Of a stretch of DNA of 64,000 nt, positions 1-12,980 are shown piece after piece. The notes under the pieces were generated by a model that saw only the letters and a program-made list of their open reading frames with translations, did not search any database and had not been told where the DNA came from. Position 1 is the first letter of the stretch; each line of letters starts with the position of its first letter. A program made the position numbers and the translations under genes. Source of the DNA: Leucoraja erinacea (lineage: Eukaryota); NCBI RefSeq assembly GCF_028641065.1, contig NW_026576158.1, positions 1 to 64,000 of the forward strand. The letters are read 5' to 3'.

Positions 1-216
1 GACTTGACTGGACTGAAATTTCTTTCGCCCATAACGGCTGATTCAGAGTTACATGTGCCACCATAACAATTGATTATTGCAATCCCCCCCAAGAATACCA
101 CGCAGCGAAATGCTTTCTCACGTCTCCGGTGGGAATCTCCCCTACGTTGTTTAACTAAGGGGATGCATTTTATATTAGTTGCATAGCTGCCATCAAATAA
201 CTTATTCGTAACTTAC

Positions 217-282
217 TGGGTTTCACTGATAGAATCGTCCCCTTTCCAAACGTCAACTGGTTGGCCGACCCCCCGTAACTCA
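217..282 (-). CDS. TRAJ: T-cell receptor alpha J segment (SYGGSANQLTFGKGTILSVKP)
   Basis: Minus strand TG AGT TAC GGG...TTT GGA AAG GGG ACG...AAA CCC A|gtaagt: FGxG motif, phase-1 donor, 66 nt with a TG start typical of TRAJ; lies downstream of C-delta. Confidence 0.88.
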
Positions 283-311
283 CACGGGAGTGGAAGAACC
301 CTTACAAAACC
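283..311 (-). promoter_or_regulatory. 12-type RSS of J-alpha
   Basis: Plus strand CACGGGA (283-289), 13-bp spacer, TACAAAACC (303-311); degenerate heptamer and nonamer. Confidence 0.6.
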
Positions 312-439
312 CCAATGGATGCAATCGAATCTCAATGAAAGCGTCAACATAGTGCATTGCCCCGTGTCGTAGAGTCATTTACTTAACACCAGCCACAGCC
401 CTTTTAAACATCGATGACTACACCTGCGATTGCGGGAAA

Positions 440-980
440 GCCTCTTGTCCGGTGAACATTACCATCTGGTTTGGGAATTGCTCTGCCCAGGACAAGAAGG
501 CTCTGCAGACGAGTAGTGTGCGTTCGGCCGAAACAACGCACTATGGGCACTTCACTTGCCCCCCTGCAGCGAACTATACATCAGGAGGTGCAATCCCAGA
601 GCCAATAAATCATGGGAGAACCCTTCCACCCCTGCAACGGCCTGTTCCAGCTGCTACGGTCAGGCAAATAACGCCTCCGTTGCCATGCTGTGAGAACGGA
701 GAGGGTTGTGACCGAAGGAGTTTTCTTCCAGAGGCCATTCGGACTGTAAACGCCCCTATCTCACCAGGGGACTACCTTTACTGACCGTTTTTCCTTCCGC
801 CCCAACAACTCTTATTTTAATATGTAAAAGAATGTGTGATGGTGTTTATAGTTTTGTTTGGTTGTTTGTTGTGTTTGACGTTTTTGCACAAAAGTCCCGC
901 GAGCATTGCCACTTTTCATTTCACTGCACATCTCGTATGTGTATGTGACGAATACACTTGACTTGACTTGACTTGACTTG
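440..980 (+). mobile_element. Rex1/Babar-like LINE 3' fragment with (ACTTG)n tail
   Basis: Degenerate LFQLLPSG-type C-terminal motif (cctgttccagctgctacggtcagg) and (ACTTG)n tail at about 956-980. Confidence 0.55.
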
Positions 981-1108
981 GTATTGCTGGTTAGAAGTGG
1001 GCGAGCCTTTCGCGATTATTACCGTCCATTCTTAACTCAATGGTAATAATAGGGCTGAAGAACGGTCTCGAACCGACACCTCGTCACCTGTCCCTTTTCT
1101 CCAGAGAT

Positions 1109-2532
1109 AATAATAATAATAATAATAATTTTATTTATAGAGCACTTTAAACACAAACATAGCTGCAACAAAGTGCTGTACATCACTAATCATTGACAAA
1201 AAAGTTAATACACACCAAAACTAAAAATCAAAAGAAATAGTAGGAAACAACAGGTAAAATTAAAAAACATCAAAAACACCACAAACAGAAAGCAAAGCCT
1301 CAGGCATGGTCAAAAGCCAGGGAGTACAAATGCGTTTTTTTAACACTGGATTTTGAAGATGGACAGTGAGGGGGCCTGTCTGATGTGCAGGCGGCAGGAG
1401 GTGTTCCAGAGTGCCGGAGCGCAACAGAGAAGGCTCTATCCCCTCTGAGCCTGCCGACTAGACCTCGGTACCGGCATCAGGAGCAGCTGACCAGCTGACC
1501 TGAGGGACCGGGCAGGAGTGTATGGGTTGGAGCAGTCAGAGAGGTTAAGGCGGGGCGAGCCCATTCAGGAGATTTAAAAAACAAATAACAGTAACTTAAA
1601 ATATGAACCCGAAAGTGCACCGGGAGCCAGTTAGGGAGGCCAGAATTGGCGTTGCGATATGTGCTCCCTCTTTCGAGTCCCATGTTAAAAGGCGAGCAGC
1701 AGCATTCTGAACCAACTGGAGACGAGCCAGTGAAGAACGAGCAACACCAAAATAGAGCGCGTTACAGTAATCCAGCCTAGATGTAATAAAGGCATGGATT
1801 ACTGTCTCAAAATGCTGCCGCTCGAGAATGGGCTTCACCTTCGCCAGCTTCCTTAGGTGAAAGAAGCTGGACTTAACCACCGCGCCGATTTGGCGATCTA
1901 ATTTAAAGTCACTGTCCATCCTAAAACCCAGGTTCACAACTGTTGGCTTCACGTACCTTGACAATGGACCTAAAATCACAAATGGAGGTTCACGGCAGCC
2001 ATTGGGATCAAATAAAATCACCTCTGTCTTCTTTTCATTAAATCCAAGAAAGTTTAGGGCCAACCAGGACTTAATGTCATCAAAACAAGACAGAAGCGAT
2101 TTTACAGAAAAGGGCATCTTCCCCCCTCAGCGGCAAATAAAGCTGGGTATCATCTGCATAACAGTGGAAGGAGATGCCATGCTTTCTAAGGATGGAACCC
2201 AGAGGAAGTATGTACAGCGAGAAAAGCAGGGGCCCCAGAATCGAACCCTGTGGAACCCCATATGACAGGGGAGCGGAAGAGGATTCAAACCCAGCAAGGC
2301 TAACACACATGGTTCTGTCTGCCAGATAGGACCTGAACCATCCCAGGGCACTGTCGCAGATGCCCACTAACTGCTGTAGCCGAGATAATAAGATATTATG
2401 GTCCACCGTATCAAAGGCGGCAGACAAGTCCAGCAGGACAAGAACCACACAATCCCCAGAATCATTAGCCAGGAGGATATCGTTAAAAACCCTTAGCAAT
2501 GCTGACTCCGTGCTGTGCATGGTTTTAAATCC
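1109..2532 (-). mobile_element. L2-clade LINE 3' fragment (reverse transcriptase, frameshifted)
   Basis: ORFs 2080-2520 and 1596-2117: HSTESALL, LLDLSAAFDTVDH, GVPQGSILGP, YADDTQLY, SRLDYCN, LQLVQNAAARLL; (TAT)n tail near 1109. Confidence 0.9.
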
Positions 2533-2811
2533 ATTAGATGCTGCCTGACCGACTGAGACACTCCGGCATTTCGTGTCTATCTTCGGTAGTAACTGGTATG
2601 TTGGGTGATACCGCGTTATTTGCTTCTTGGAATGTTGAGGGAATTCGCTATGTGGCCGGATGTTCTATGGACGTTCTGTGGGTTGCGGGAAATAGCATAC
2701 TGATTGGTTTCATCGCGACCAGGAATTAAAAGAGAGGGGTAGACACTCCTCGGATCTCCCAACCATCAAAAAAAAATCTTGAGCCTCTGCCTCAAAATGG
2801 CAGTCAACATA

Positions 2812-3320
2812 ATCGAAGTATTGGTCCCGTAATTTGAGGAAGGACATTCTTGCTATTGAGGGAGTGCAGCGTAGGTTTACAAGGTTAATTCCCGGGATGG
2901 CGGGACTGTCATATGCTGAGAGAATGGAGCAACTGGGCTTGTACACTCTGTGGAGTTTAGAAGGATGAGAGGGAATATTATTGAAACGTATAGGATTATT
3001 AAGGGTTTGGACACGCTAGAGGCGGGACACGTGTTACCGATGTTGGGGGAGTCCAGAACCAGGGGCCACACGCAGTTTAAGAATAAGGAGTAAGCCATTT
3101 AGAACGGAGACGAGGAAACACTTTTTCTCACAGAGAGTGGTGAGTCTGTGGAATTCTCTGCCTCAGTGGAGGCAGGTTCTCTGGATACTTTCAAGAGAGA
3201 GCTAGATAGGGCTCTTAAAGATAGCGGAGGCAGGGGATATGGGGAGAGGGCAGGGACGGTGAATTGATTGGGGTTGACCAGCCATGATCACATTGAATGG
3301 CGGTGCTGGCTCGAAGGGCC
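2812..3320 (+). mobile_element. CR1 LINE 3' fragment
   Basis: ttttggtccc..gaggaaggacattcttgc through gatcacattgaatggcggtgctggctcgaagggcc, homologous to other CR1 copies in the window. Confidence 0.8.
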
Positions 3321-5307
3321 TCTTTCCGCGCTGTATTTACACTAGACTAAAACCTGCTCTCTCGTGTGTTCAGAATATCGCGAAAATGAGCACGGGACTC
3401 GATAGATTATCGCCAACTCTACTTGTGATACCCATATTGTTATCGCCCAGATCCTCTCTGCGTCTTGAGCAATCTTCAAAGCTTCACAGCCACACCGGAT
3501 AATCCCCACCACTATCTCCCACGTTCTCCCCTGAACTCTCTGATGTGAACCCGCTTCTTCGGTCAAGCTCTCCTCTCCCCTGAACTCAGCAAACTAAATA
3601 TGGATAAATGGCGGCGGTTTCCCCTATTTAGTATCGCGGGGAGAGTTGTCATGTTAACATTTCACGCAGAGAGAGGTGAATCCCTGGAACTCTCTGCCAC
3701 AGAAGGTAGTTGAGGCCACAGCACATTGACTACAGTTAAGAGGGAGTTAGATTTGGCCCTTGTGGCTAAAGGGGTCAGGGGGCATGGAGAGAATGGCAGG
3801 TACAGGATACTGAGTTGGATGATCAGCCATGATCATATTGAATGGCGAATGGTGCAGGCTCGAAGGGCCGAATGGCCTACTCCTGCACCTATTTTCTATG
3901 TTTCTATGTTTCTATGTTTGGAATGGAGGATATGGAGTATGTGCAGGCAGAGGGGTTAGTCTAACTTGGCATCGCCCGGACTGCGGCGTAAATGGAAAAA
4001 GCTCATATCATTGATCTACTGAGTTGCATTGACAACTCCGTCTCGCTTACGAAGATGACTTCGTTCCGCTGGGGATGCACCGATTCCAGACTTACCTGGA
4101 CTTTTGCCTTGTCTGTACATCTGGACGCCCGCAGCGGAGGCTGCGGATGGTTGAGGTCCCGACCACGGGGGGAAATGGAGGAGGACTGGCCAAATGTTGT
4201 GCCTCCCACCACAGTCATGAATGCTGTGGTGGATGTTTGTGATAATTTTTTTTTTGTTGTTGCGTTTTTGTGTGTTCTTTTTCATTGTACCGCTGCTGGC
4301 AAATTCATTTCACTTGCACTTTATGTGGAGGTGATTGATTGATTGAGTGATTGATTGATTGACTCTTCCATGGGACCCGCCCCGCTTATTGGTTGTCAAT
4401 AGACAATAAACAATAGACAATAGGTGCAGGAGGAGGCCATTCGGCCCTTCGAGCCAGCACCGCCATCCGATGTGATCATGTCTGATCATCCCCAATCAGT
4501 ACCCGTTCCTGCCTTCTCCCCATATCCCCTGACTCTGCTATTTTTATGAGTCCTATCTAGCTCTCTCTTGAAAACATCCAGAGAACCTGCCTCCACTGCA
4601 CTCCGAGGCAGAGAATTCCACACAATCACCACTCTCTGTGAGAAAAAGTGTTTACTCGTCTTTGTTCTAAACTCTCTGCCACAGAGGGTAGTTGAGACCT
4701 CTATCGAGCCCCGTGCTCATTTTCGCGATATTCTGAACATACGAGAGAGCAGGTTTTAGTTTAGTTTAAATACAGCGCGGAAAGAGGCCCTTCGAGCCAG
4801 CACCGCCATTCAATGTGATCGTGGCTGATCAATCCCAATCAATGCCCCGTTCCTGCCTTCTCCCCATATCCCCTGCCTCCGCTATCTTTAAGAGCCCTAT
4901 TTAGCTCTCTCTTGAAAGTATCCAGAGAACCTGCAGAGCATTCCACAGACTCACCACTCTCTGTGAGAAAAAGTGTTTCCTCGTCTCCGTTCTAAATGAC
5001 TTACTCCTTATTCTTATACTGCGTGTGGCCCCTGGTTCTGGAGTCATGGCCCTTGTCATCATTGCGTTTCCGTTTCCGTGAGCACTAGTGAATCAAAAAG
5101 TCCGACCCCTTGGTAGGAGGTCAGATATTAGACCGACTGTCTACGATGTAAAGCTAAAATAAAACCAGGCTAGGATTTCAGGTCATGGCATTAAACTAGT
5201 CCCAAATGTTTGCATTTTTAACGACAACTAACCGGCCACTTGTTTTAAGCCGGATGCTCCAGGACCAATCTGTCGAAGGGTTTCGACTCGAAACCCTTAA
5301 CAGCTTA

Positions 5308-5610
5308 AGTCACAGCTTAAGGATAAGGGGGAAATCCTTTAAAACCGAGATGAGGAGAACTTTTTTCACACAGAGAGTAGTGAATCTCTGGAACTCTCTG
5401 CCACAGAGGGTAGTTGAGGCCAGTTCATTGGCTATATTTAAGAGGCAGTTAGATGTGGCCCTTGTGGCCAAGGGGATCAGAGGGTATGGAGAGAAGGCAG
5501 GTACGGGATACTGAGTTGGATGATCAGCCATGATCATATTGAATGGCGGTGCAGGCTCGAAGGGCCGAATGGCCTACTCCTGCACCTAATTTCTATGTTT
5601 CTATGTTTCT
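5308..5610 (+). mobile_element. CR1 LINE 3' fragment
   Basis: HSLRIRGKSFKTEMRRTFFTQRVVNLWNSLP motif and (TTTCTATG)n tail. Confidence 0.85.
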
Positions 5611-5653
5611 AAACGTCGCCCATCCCATCCATTCCCTCCACAAATTATGCCTT

Positions 5654-5893
5654 ATGCCCCTGTCCCACTTAGGAAACCTCCACGGAAACCTCTGGAGTCT
5701 TTGCGGCCCACCCAAGGTTTCCGTGCGGTTCCCGGAGGTTCTCAGAGGTTGCAGGTGGTTGCCGGAGGTTGCAGGTAGTGGAAGCAGACTGACAAAAACC
5801 TCCGGGAACCTCTGGGAACCGCAAGGAAACCTTGGGTGGGGCACGAAGTCTCCAGAGGTTTCCGTTCATGTTTCCTAAGTGGGACCGGGGCAT
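5654..5893. mobile_element. MITE with terminal inverted repeats (PIF/Harbinger-like)
   Basis: ATGCCCCTGTCCCACTTAGGAAAC...TTTCCTAAGTGGGACCGGGGCAT, TWA-flanked; further copies at 10582, 32211, 42980. Confidence 0.75.
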
Positions 5894-7619
5894 AACTCGC
5901 TGAATTACTCCGGCACGTGATCTTTATTTAACAGGCCGTCCGTTAATTCCCCGTTTAGTTCCCCGTGTAGACCACTTAGTGCACCACGTCTGCAGTCCGG
6001 TGGAAGAGCAACTTTCCAATTCCACGCCCTGATGCCTTCACCGCAGCTTCGGAAATGTTCCATCACCGCCCACCCAGCCTCCTGGTCGAGAGCTTGTGCC
6101 AGATTCCAGAAGAAGGGTCTCGACCAGAAACATCACCTATCCATGTTTCCCAGAGATGTTGAGATGCTTTCCTGACATGCTGAGCTGCTCCACAACTTTG
6201 TGTGTTATGTCCAGATTCCACGTACGTGCTGAGCCCCAATAACCATATAACCATATAACAATTACAGCACCGAAACAGGCCATCTCGGCCCTACAAGTCC
6301 GTGCCGAACAACTTTTTTTCCCCTTAGTCCCACCTGCCTGCACTCATACCATAACCCTCCATTCCCTTCCCTGTATCAATCACCACCGAAAACATATCAA
6401 TTGATTGACCTCCACAGCCTTCTGTGCAATGAATTCCACATATTCACCACCCTCTGACTGCACACTTATTCTCGCTATATTAGAGTAAAAATATTGAATA
6501 CCATCGAAGAACAATTTCACTGGGAAAACCAGAAATAAATACTACCATAACCATACATTTCAAGCAATGCATTTGTTATTTAAAAAAATGTAAATAATCG
6601 GAGTAAAATTCGATTAAAGAATATATTTTCCATACGCGTCGCCGGCACTTCAATATCATGATCTACATTAGCATTTTTGTTCTAAGGTAAGCTATTATCC
6701 CCAGAATGGGAAAGTATTCGGGTGCAGGTGTGAGTGTGTTAAATTAAACCCGGGGCGGCGACTGCGGGTGCTCGGAAGGCCCCGTCCACGGATGAACACG
6801 GAGGGGAGGCTGGCTGGACTATGGTGCCATCCTCACCTTGGTGCCATTTATGTTAGGTTGTGTCGTGGACTTTCTGTGTTTGTGCTTTTTTAAATTTCAA
6901 TTACAATTTTATTTTTAATATGTTTTATTATTTATTTATTATTTATTTATTATTATTTTTTAATTTAAAAAAAAAAAAATTTTGATGATTTTTTTTAAAT
7001 GATACTGCCTGTAAGGGAAATTCATTTCGTTGTCTCAAATTGAGACAATGACAATAAATTTGAATACAATACAATACAATACATTTTGTGTCTATCTCCG
7101 GTGTAAACCAGCATCAGCAGTTCCTTCCTACAAGTGAGAGTTGGCGGATCCTGCCGTCTCAGTGTCTGGACCCCGGTTCGACGCGGACTGGGAAGTTTCC
7201 GAGGGGCAGCGTGTCTCAAAGCAGTGCAGGATTGGGGCCCGGTGCAACTGGCGTTTATTCTCGGGCGTGAAATGGTGAAGGCTTGTTGATCGGTTGTGTT
7301 CTTGGATCAAGTACCACGCAGTTGATAGTGTCACAGCAAAACGCACAATTCCGTTGCCAAAAACCCTCCCGCTCCAACGACGTATTGAAGGAGCGCCGCG
7401 CCGCACCGCCGCCAGGGAGCAGCAGAGCCCATAGGCTGTATCATTACTGAAGCCAGGATTTTGCCATAAATGCCACGTGCCTTTTTTGATGAATTCACCA
7501 AGATAATGCCTTTTTCAAGATCGAGTGCACAAAGCCCTTTTTTTGGCCGATTTGCTAAAATGCCGTGCCATTTTGCCATCTAGTTGCACCGTGATTACAA
7601 TGACATTTTCTATGTTACA

Positions 7620-8037
7620 TAGAAAGATAGACACATAGAAAATAGGTGCAGGAGTAGGCCATTCGGCCCTTCGAGCCTGCACCGCCATTCAATATGATCA
7701 TGGCTGATCATCCAACTCAGTATCCTGTACCTGCCTTCTCTCTATACCCCCTGATACCTTTAGCCACAAGGGCCACATCTAACTCCCACTTAAATATTGC
7801 CAATGAACTGTGGCCTCGACTACCTTCTGCGGCAGAGAGTTCCAGAGATTCACCACTTTCTGTGTGAAAAATGTTTTTCTCATCTCGATCCTAAAGGATT
7901 TCCCTTTTATCCTTAAACTGTGACAACTTGTCCTGGGCTTCCCCAACATCGGGAACAATCTTTCTGCATCTAGCCTGTCCAACCCCTTAAGAATTTTGTG
8001 AGTTTCTATAAGACCCCCCCTCAATCTTCTAAATTCT
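7620..8037 (-). mobile_element. CR1 LINE 3' fragment
   Basis: LEFRRLRGGLIETHKILKG...WNSLP in ORF 7779-8186; tail at the low-coordinate end. Confidence 0.85.
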
Positions 8038-8829
8038 AATAACATTAACGTTAATACGTTAATATTAATGTTATTATTAAGGTGGTAACATAGGATAAAT
8101 TTCAAGAACATTTCTCGGAGTCGCAAGAAATCCAGTAAACATGACACAAACCAACCTCCCTTCCATTGACTCCATTTATACCTCACGCTGTCTCGGCAAG
8201 GCCAGCAGCATGATCAAGGACGGGTGGCACCCTGGCCACTCCCTCTTCTCCCCTCTCCCATTGGGGCATGTGGTATAGAAGTGTGAAAACGCACACCTCC
8301 AGATTCAGGGACAGCTTCTTCCAAGCTGTTATCAGGCAATTGGATCATCCTGCCTCAACCAGAGAGCAGTGCTGAACTACTATCTACCTCCTTGGTAACC
8401 CTCGGACTATCCTTGATCAGGCTTTGCTGGCTTTACCTTGCACTAAACGTTATTGCCCTATAGAAACATAGAAAATAGGTGCAGGAGTAGGCCATGCGGC
8501 CCTTCGAGCCTGCACCGCCATTCAATATGATCATGGCTGATCATCCAACTCAGTATCCTGTACCTGCCTTCTCTCCATACCCCCTGACCCCTTTAGCCAC
8601 AGGGGCCACATCTAACTCCCTCTTAAATATAGTCAATGAACTGTGGCATCAACTACCTTCTGCGGGAGAGAATTCCACAGATTCACCACTCTCTGTGTGA
8701 AAAATGTTTTCCTCGTCTCGGTTCTAAAAGATTTCCCCCTTATCCTTAAGCTGTGACCCCTTGTTCTGGATCATGTATCTATACACTGAATGGCACGTTT
8801 GTAATCATGTATTGTCTTTCTGCTGACTG

Positions 8830-9372
8830 GACCAAATCTGAGGAAGGACATTATTGCCATAGAGGGAGTGCAGAGAAGGTTCACCAGACTGATACCTGGG
8901 ATGTCAGGACTGTCTTATGAAGAAAGACTGGATAGACTTGGTTTATACTCTCTAGAATTTAGGAGATTGAGAGGGGATCTTATAGAAACTTACAAAATTC
9001 TTAAGGGGGTTGGACAGGCTAGATGCAGGAAGATTGCTCCCGATGTTGGGGAAGTCCAGGACAAGGGGTCACAGCTTAAGGATAAGGGGGAAATCCTTTA
9101 AAACCGAGATGAGAAGAACGTTTTTCACACAGAGAGTGGTGAATCTCTGGAACTCTCTGCCGCAGAGTGTAGTCGAGGCCAGTTCATTGGCTATATTTAA
9201 GAGGGAGTTAGATGTGGCCCTTGTGGCTAAGGAGATCAGAGGGTATGGAGAGAAGGCAGGTACGGGATACTGAGTTGGATGATCAGCCATGATCATATTG
9301 AATGGCGGTGCAGGCTCGAAGGGCCGAATGGCCTGCACCTAATTTCTATATTTCTATGTTTCTATGTTTCTA
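8830..9372 (+). mobile_element. CR1 LINE 3' fragment
   Basis: ORFs 8868-9101 and 9010-9273; TTTCTATG tail. Confidence 0.88.
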
Positions 9373-9486
9373 TGGATAGCGCGCAACAAAAGCTTGTCAC
9401 TGCACCTCGGTACACGTGACGATAAACTAAGCTGTAGCCTGTAAATTCACTAACAGATAATTGAGCCTTCTGCATGTGGCGCCATA

Positions 9487-9500
9487 TGACGTCACTTCCG
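9487..9500 (-). promoter_or_regulatory. Overlapping ETS-CRE composite site (CGGAAGTGACGTCA); candidate TEA-like germline promoter
   Basis: Perfect TGACGTCA (9487-9494) overlapping CACTTCCG in a short non-repeat island between C-delta and J-alpha. Confidence 0.45.
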
Positions 9501-9784
9501 CCATGCGCACAACAATCACATTCCCCTTTGCCTCATCAAATCAAATCAAATCAAATTTATTCATAAAGCACATTTAAAAAATACCCACGTTGACACACAG
9601 AGTACAAAGTGTTGTACAGACCAGAGCAGGGAGCTAAAGTCACAAAAAGGAACAGACATACACAGGAATGCACACAGCACATAGGTACAAATAATCTGCT
9701 TAAAGACACAAAACAAAGATCAGCCACATCAGGGGGATTCAAACGCCAGTGAATAAAGATAAGTTTTGAGCCTGGATTGAAAAC

Positions 9785-10410
9785 CATATATAACTATAAC
9801 CATATAACAATTACAGCACGGAAACAGGCCATCTCGGCCCTACAAGTCCGTGCCGACACAATTTTTTTCCCCTTAGTCCCACCTGCCTGCACTCATACCA
9901 TAACCCTCCATTCCCTTCCCATCCATATGCCTATCCAATGTATTTTTAAATGATACCAACGAACCTGCCTCCACCACTTCCACTGGAAGCTCATTCCACA
10001 CCGCTACCACTCTCTGAGTAAAGAAGTTCCCCCTCATGTTACCCCTAAACTTCTGTCCCTAAATTCTGAAGTCATGTCCTCTTGTTTGAATCTTTCCTAT
10101 TCTCAAAGGGAAAAGCTTGTCCACATCAACTCTGTCTATCCCTCTCATCATTTTAAAGACCTCTATCAAATCCCCCCTTAACCTTCTGCGCTCCAGAGAA
10201 TAAAGACCTAACTTATTCAACCTTTCTCTGTAACTTAGTTGTTGAAACCCAGGTAACATTCTAGTAAATCTCCTCTGTACTCTCTCTATTTTGTTGATAT
10301 CCTTCCTATAATTGGGCGACCAAAATTGTACACCATACTCCAGATTTGGTCTCACCAATGCCTTGTACAATTTTAACATCACATCCCAGCTTCTATACTC
10401 AATGCTCTGA
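9785..10410 (-). mobile_element. CR1 LINE 3' fragment (second subfamily, TATATGGT tail)
   Basis: QSIEYRSWDVMLKLYKALVRPNLEYGVQFWSP in ORF 10059-10940. Confidence 0.88.
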
Positions 10411-10581
10411 TGCTCTGAAAAGAGTCGATGGTGGGGGCAGATCTGATAGGGAGGGGAGGATGCTGTTCCACAGTCTAGGGGCCGCAACAGCAAAGGCACG
10501 GTCACCCCTGAGCTTAATATTAGTTCGCGGGACAGCCAGGAGCCCCAAGTCGGCCGACCTGAGTGACCTGGAAGTAGAGTA

Positions 10582-10778
10582 ATGCCCCTGTCCCACTTAG
10601 GAAACCTGAACGGAAACCTCTGGAGACTTTGCGCCCCACACAAGGTTTCCGTGCGGTTGCCGGAGGTTGCATGTGGTGGATGCAGGTAGGGAGACTGACG
10701 AAAACCTCCGGGGACCGCACGGAAACCTTGGTTGGGGCACAAAGTCTCCTGAGGTGTCCTAAGTGGGACAGCGGCATT
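10582..10778. mobile_element. MITE (PIF/Harbinger-like)
   Basis: Same TIRs as the 5654 copy. Confidence 0.7.
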
Positions 10779-11139
10779 AGGATACGTATCTACATTATGA
10801 GAGGAAAAGATAGGATAGACAGTCAGACCTTCTTCCCCAAGGATTGAAATGTCAAACGATAAAAGGCACAGCAGCACACAGCAGTTGGAGCACCCAGAGA
10901 AAACCTGCACATTCACAAAAGGAACGTGCAAACTCCCCACAGATGAAACACGAGGTCAGGATTAAACCCTGGTCTATGATGTTGCGTCTCTACTGCTTGA
11001 GCCACTTCGCTCATTAATGGATTCCTCAGTGGTCACTTTGGTGGCAATGAGATATTGGTGTTTTTCGGTGCTACTCTGCTGCCTCAGGCTTCTGACCCAA
11101 GGAGAATTCTTGGAATTATTTTGCTCAAAGGGTGCCAGA

Positions 11140-11640
11140 TATAGAAACATAGAAACATAGAAAATATGTGCAGGAGTAGGCCATTCGGCCCTTCGAGCCT
11201 GCACCGCCATTCAATATGATCATGGCTGATCATCCAACTCAGTATCCTGTACCTGCCTTCTCTCCATACCCCTGATCCCTTTAGCCACAAGGGGCACATT
11301 TAACTCCCTCTTAAATATAGCCAATGATCTGGCCTCAACTACCTTATGTGGCAGAGAATTCCACAGATTCACCACTCTCTGTGTGGAAAAAGAAATTCTC
11401 ATCTCGGTCCTAAAAGACTTCCCCCTTATCCTTAAACTGTGACCCCCTTGTTCTGGACTTCCCCAACATCAGGAACAATCTTCCTGCATCTAGCCTGTCC
11501 AACCCCTTAGGAATGTTGTAAGTTTCTATAAGATCCCCCCTCAATCTTCTAAATTCCAGCGAGTACAAGCCGAGTCTATCCAGTCTTTCTTCATATGAAA
11601 GTCCTGCCATCCCAGGGATCAGTCTGGTGAACCTTCTCTG
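11140..11640 (-). mobile_element. CR1 LINE 3' fragment
   Basis: ORF 11410-11775 CR1 C-terminal motifs; tail at about 11140. Confidence 0.85.
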
Positions 11641-12414
11641 TGCTCCCGCTGTGGCAAGGATGTCCTTCCGCCCGGGGTTACCGAGGGTGATGAGATGGAG
11701 GGTCGGTGGTTGGACAACTACAGCAGGGGTACGACATGTGAATGGCGGTGTAGGCTCGAAGGGCCGAATGGCCACTCCTGCACCTATTTTCTATGTTCTA
11801 TGACAGGTTACATGTGGAGTGACGGACGTAGAACTATCATGCGATGGAACCGCAGCCAGGCTCCTGACAGGTACCCGGAAGAGGGACCATATTACCCACA
11901 TTCTGGCCTCACTCCACCGGCTGCCAGTAGGAGATGAGCGGGGCACGTTTTCAACACAGGTTGTAGTGGGTGCCTGGCACACGCTGCCAAGGGGTGGTGG
12001 CCCAGCCTTGTACGATAATGGGAATTAAAGGACACGGTCAGTTGGAGGATGGGCTCGGAACTACATTCACGGTATCCCCCCCCCCCCCCCCCCGCCCCCG
12101 CCCCCCCCCCCCCCCCCCCCCCCCCCCCCGCGCAACCCGCCACAGTCGACCACCTTTCATAGGGCGGAAGAACGAGTAATGTACAAATGACACGCGCAGA
12201 CCTTCCACCAGAGGGAGCAGCTGTCAATGCACGGTGGGGGCATGTCCAATGCAACAGAATGCATAGACACACGTTGGAGCACTGCATTGAATCCCTGGTA
12301 CCTCTCAGTACCTATTCCATGCATTAATCCTGTTAGCGTGTGAATTGCCATCGCCACATCGACGCTCGAGGCTCAATGCATAGGCCTTTCCTCCACTGTT
12401 CTCTACTTATTCCC

Positions 12415-12980
12415 CCACGCCTGGAGTGTTGCGTACAGTTTTGGTCTCCTAATCTGAGGAAAGACATTCTTGCCATAGAGGGAGTACAGAGAAAGTTCAC
12501 CAGACTGAATCCTGGGATGGCAGGACTTTCATATGAAGAAAGGCTGGATAGACTCGGCTTGTACTCGCTAGAATTTAGAAGATTGAGGGGGCATATTATA
12601 GAAACTTACAAATTCTTAAGGGGTTGGACAGGCTAGATGCAGGAAGATTATTCCCGATGTTGGGGAAGTCCAGAACAAGGGGGTCACAGTTTAAGGATAA
12701 GGGGGAAGTCTTTTAGGACCGAGATGAGAACTTTTTCTTTTCACACAGGAAATGGTGAATCTCTGGAACTCTCTGCCACAGAAGGTAGTTGAGGCCAGTT
12801 CGTTGGCTATATTTAAGAGGGAGTTAGATGTGGCCCTTGTGGCTAAAGGGATCAGGGGGTATGGAGAGAAGGCAGGTACAGGATACTGAGTTGGATGATC
12901 AGCCTGATCATATTGAATGGCGGTGCAGGTTCGAAGGGCCGAATGGCCTCCCCCTGCACCTATGTTCTATATTTCTATGT
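12415..12980 (+). mobile_element. CR1 LINE 3' fragment
   Basis: LECCVQFWSPNLRKDILAIEGVQR motif. Confidence 0.85.

Noticed and set aside
5975-6050. J-like GIGKLLF on the minus strand next to CACGCCC
   Set aside because: No GxG, no nonamer, no splice donor
7332-7365. RSS-like CACAGCA...CCAAAAACC
   Set aside because: Spacer is 18 bp and there is no adjacent FGxG or YYC coding segment
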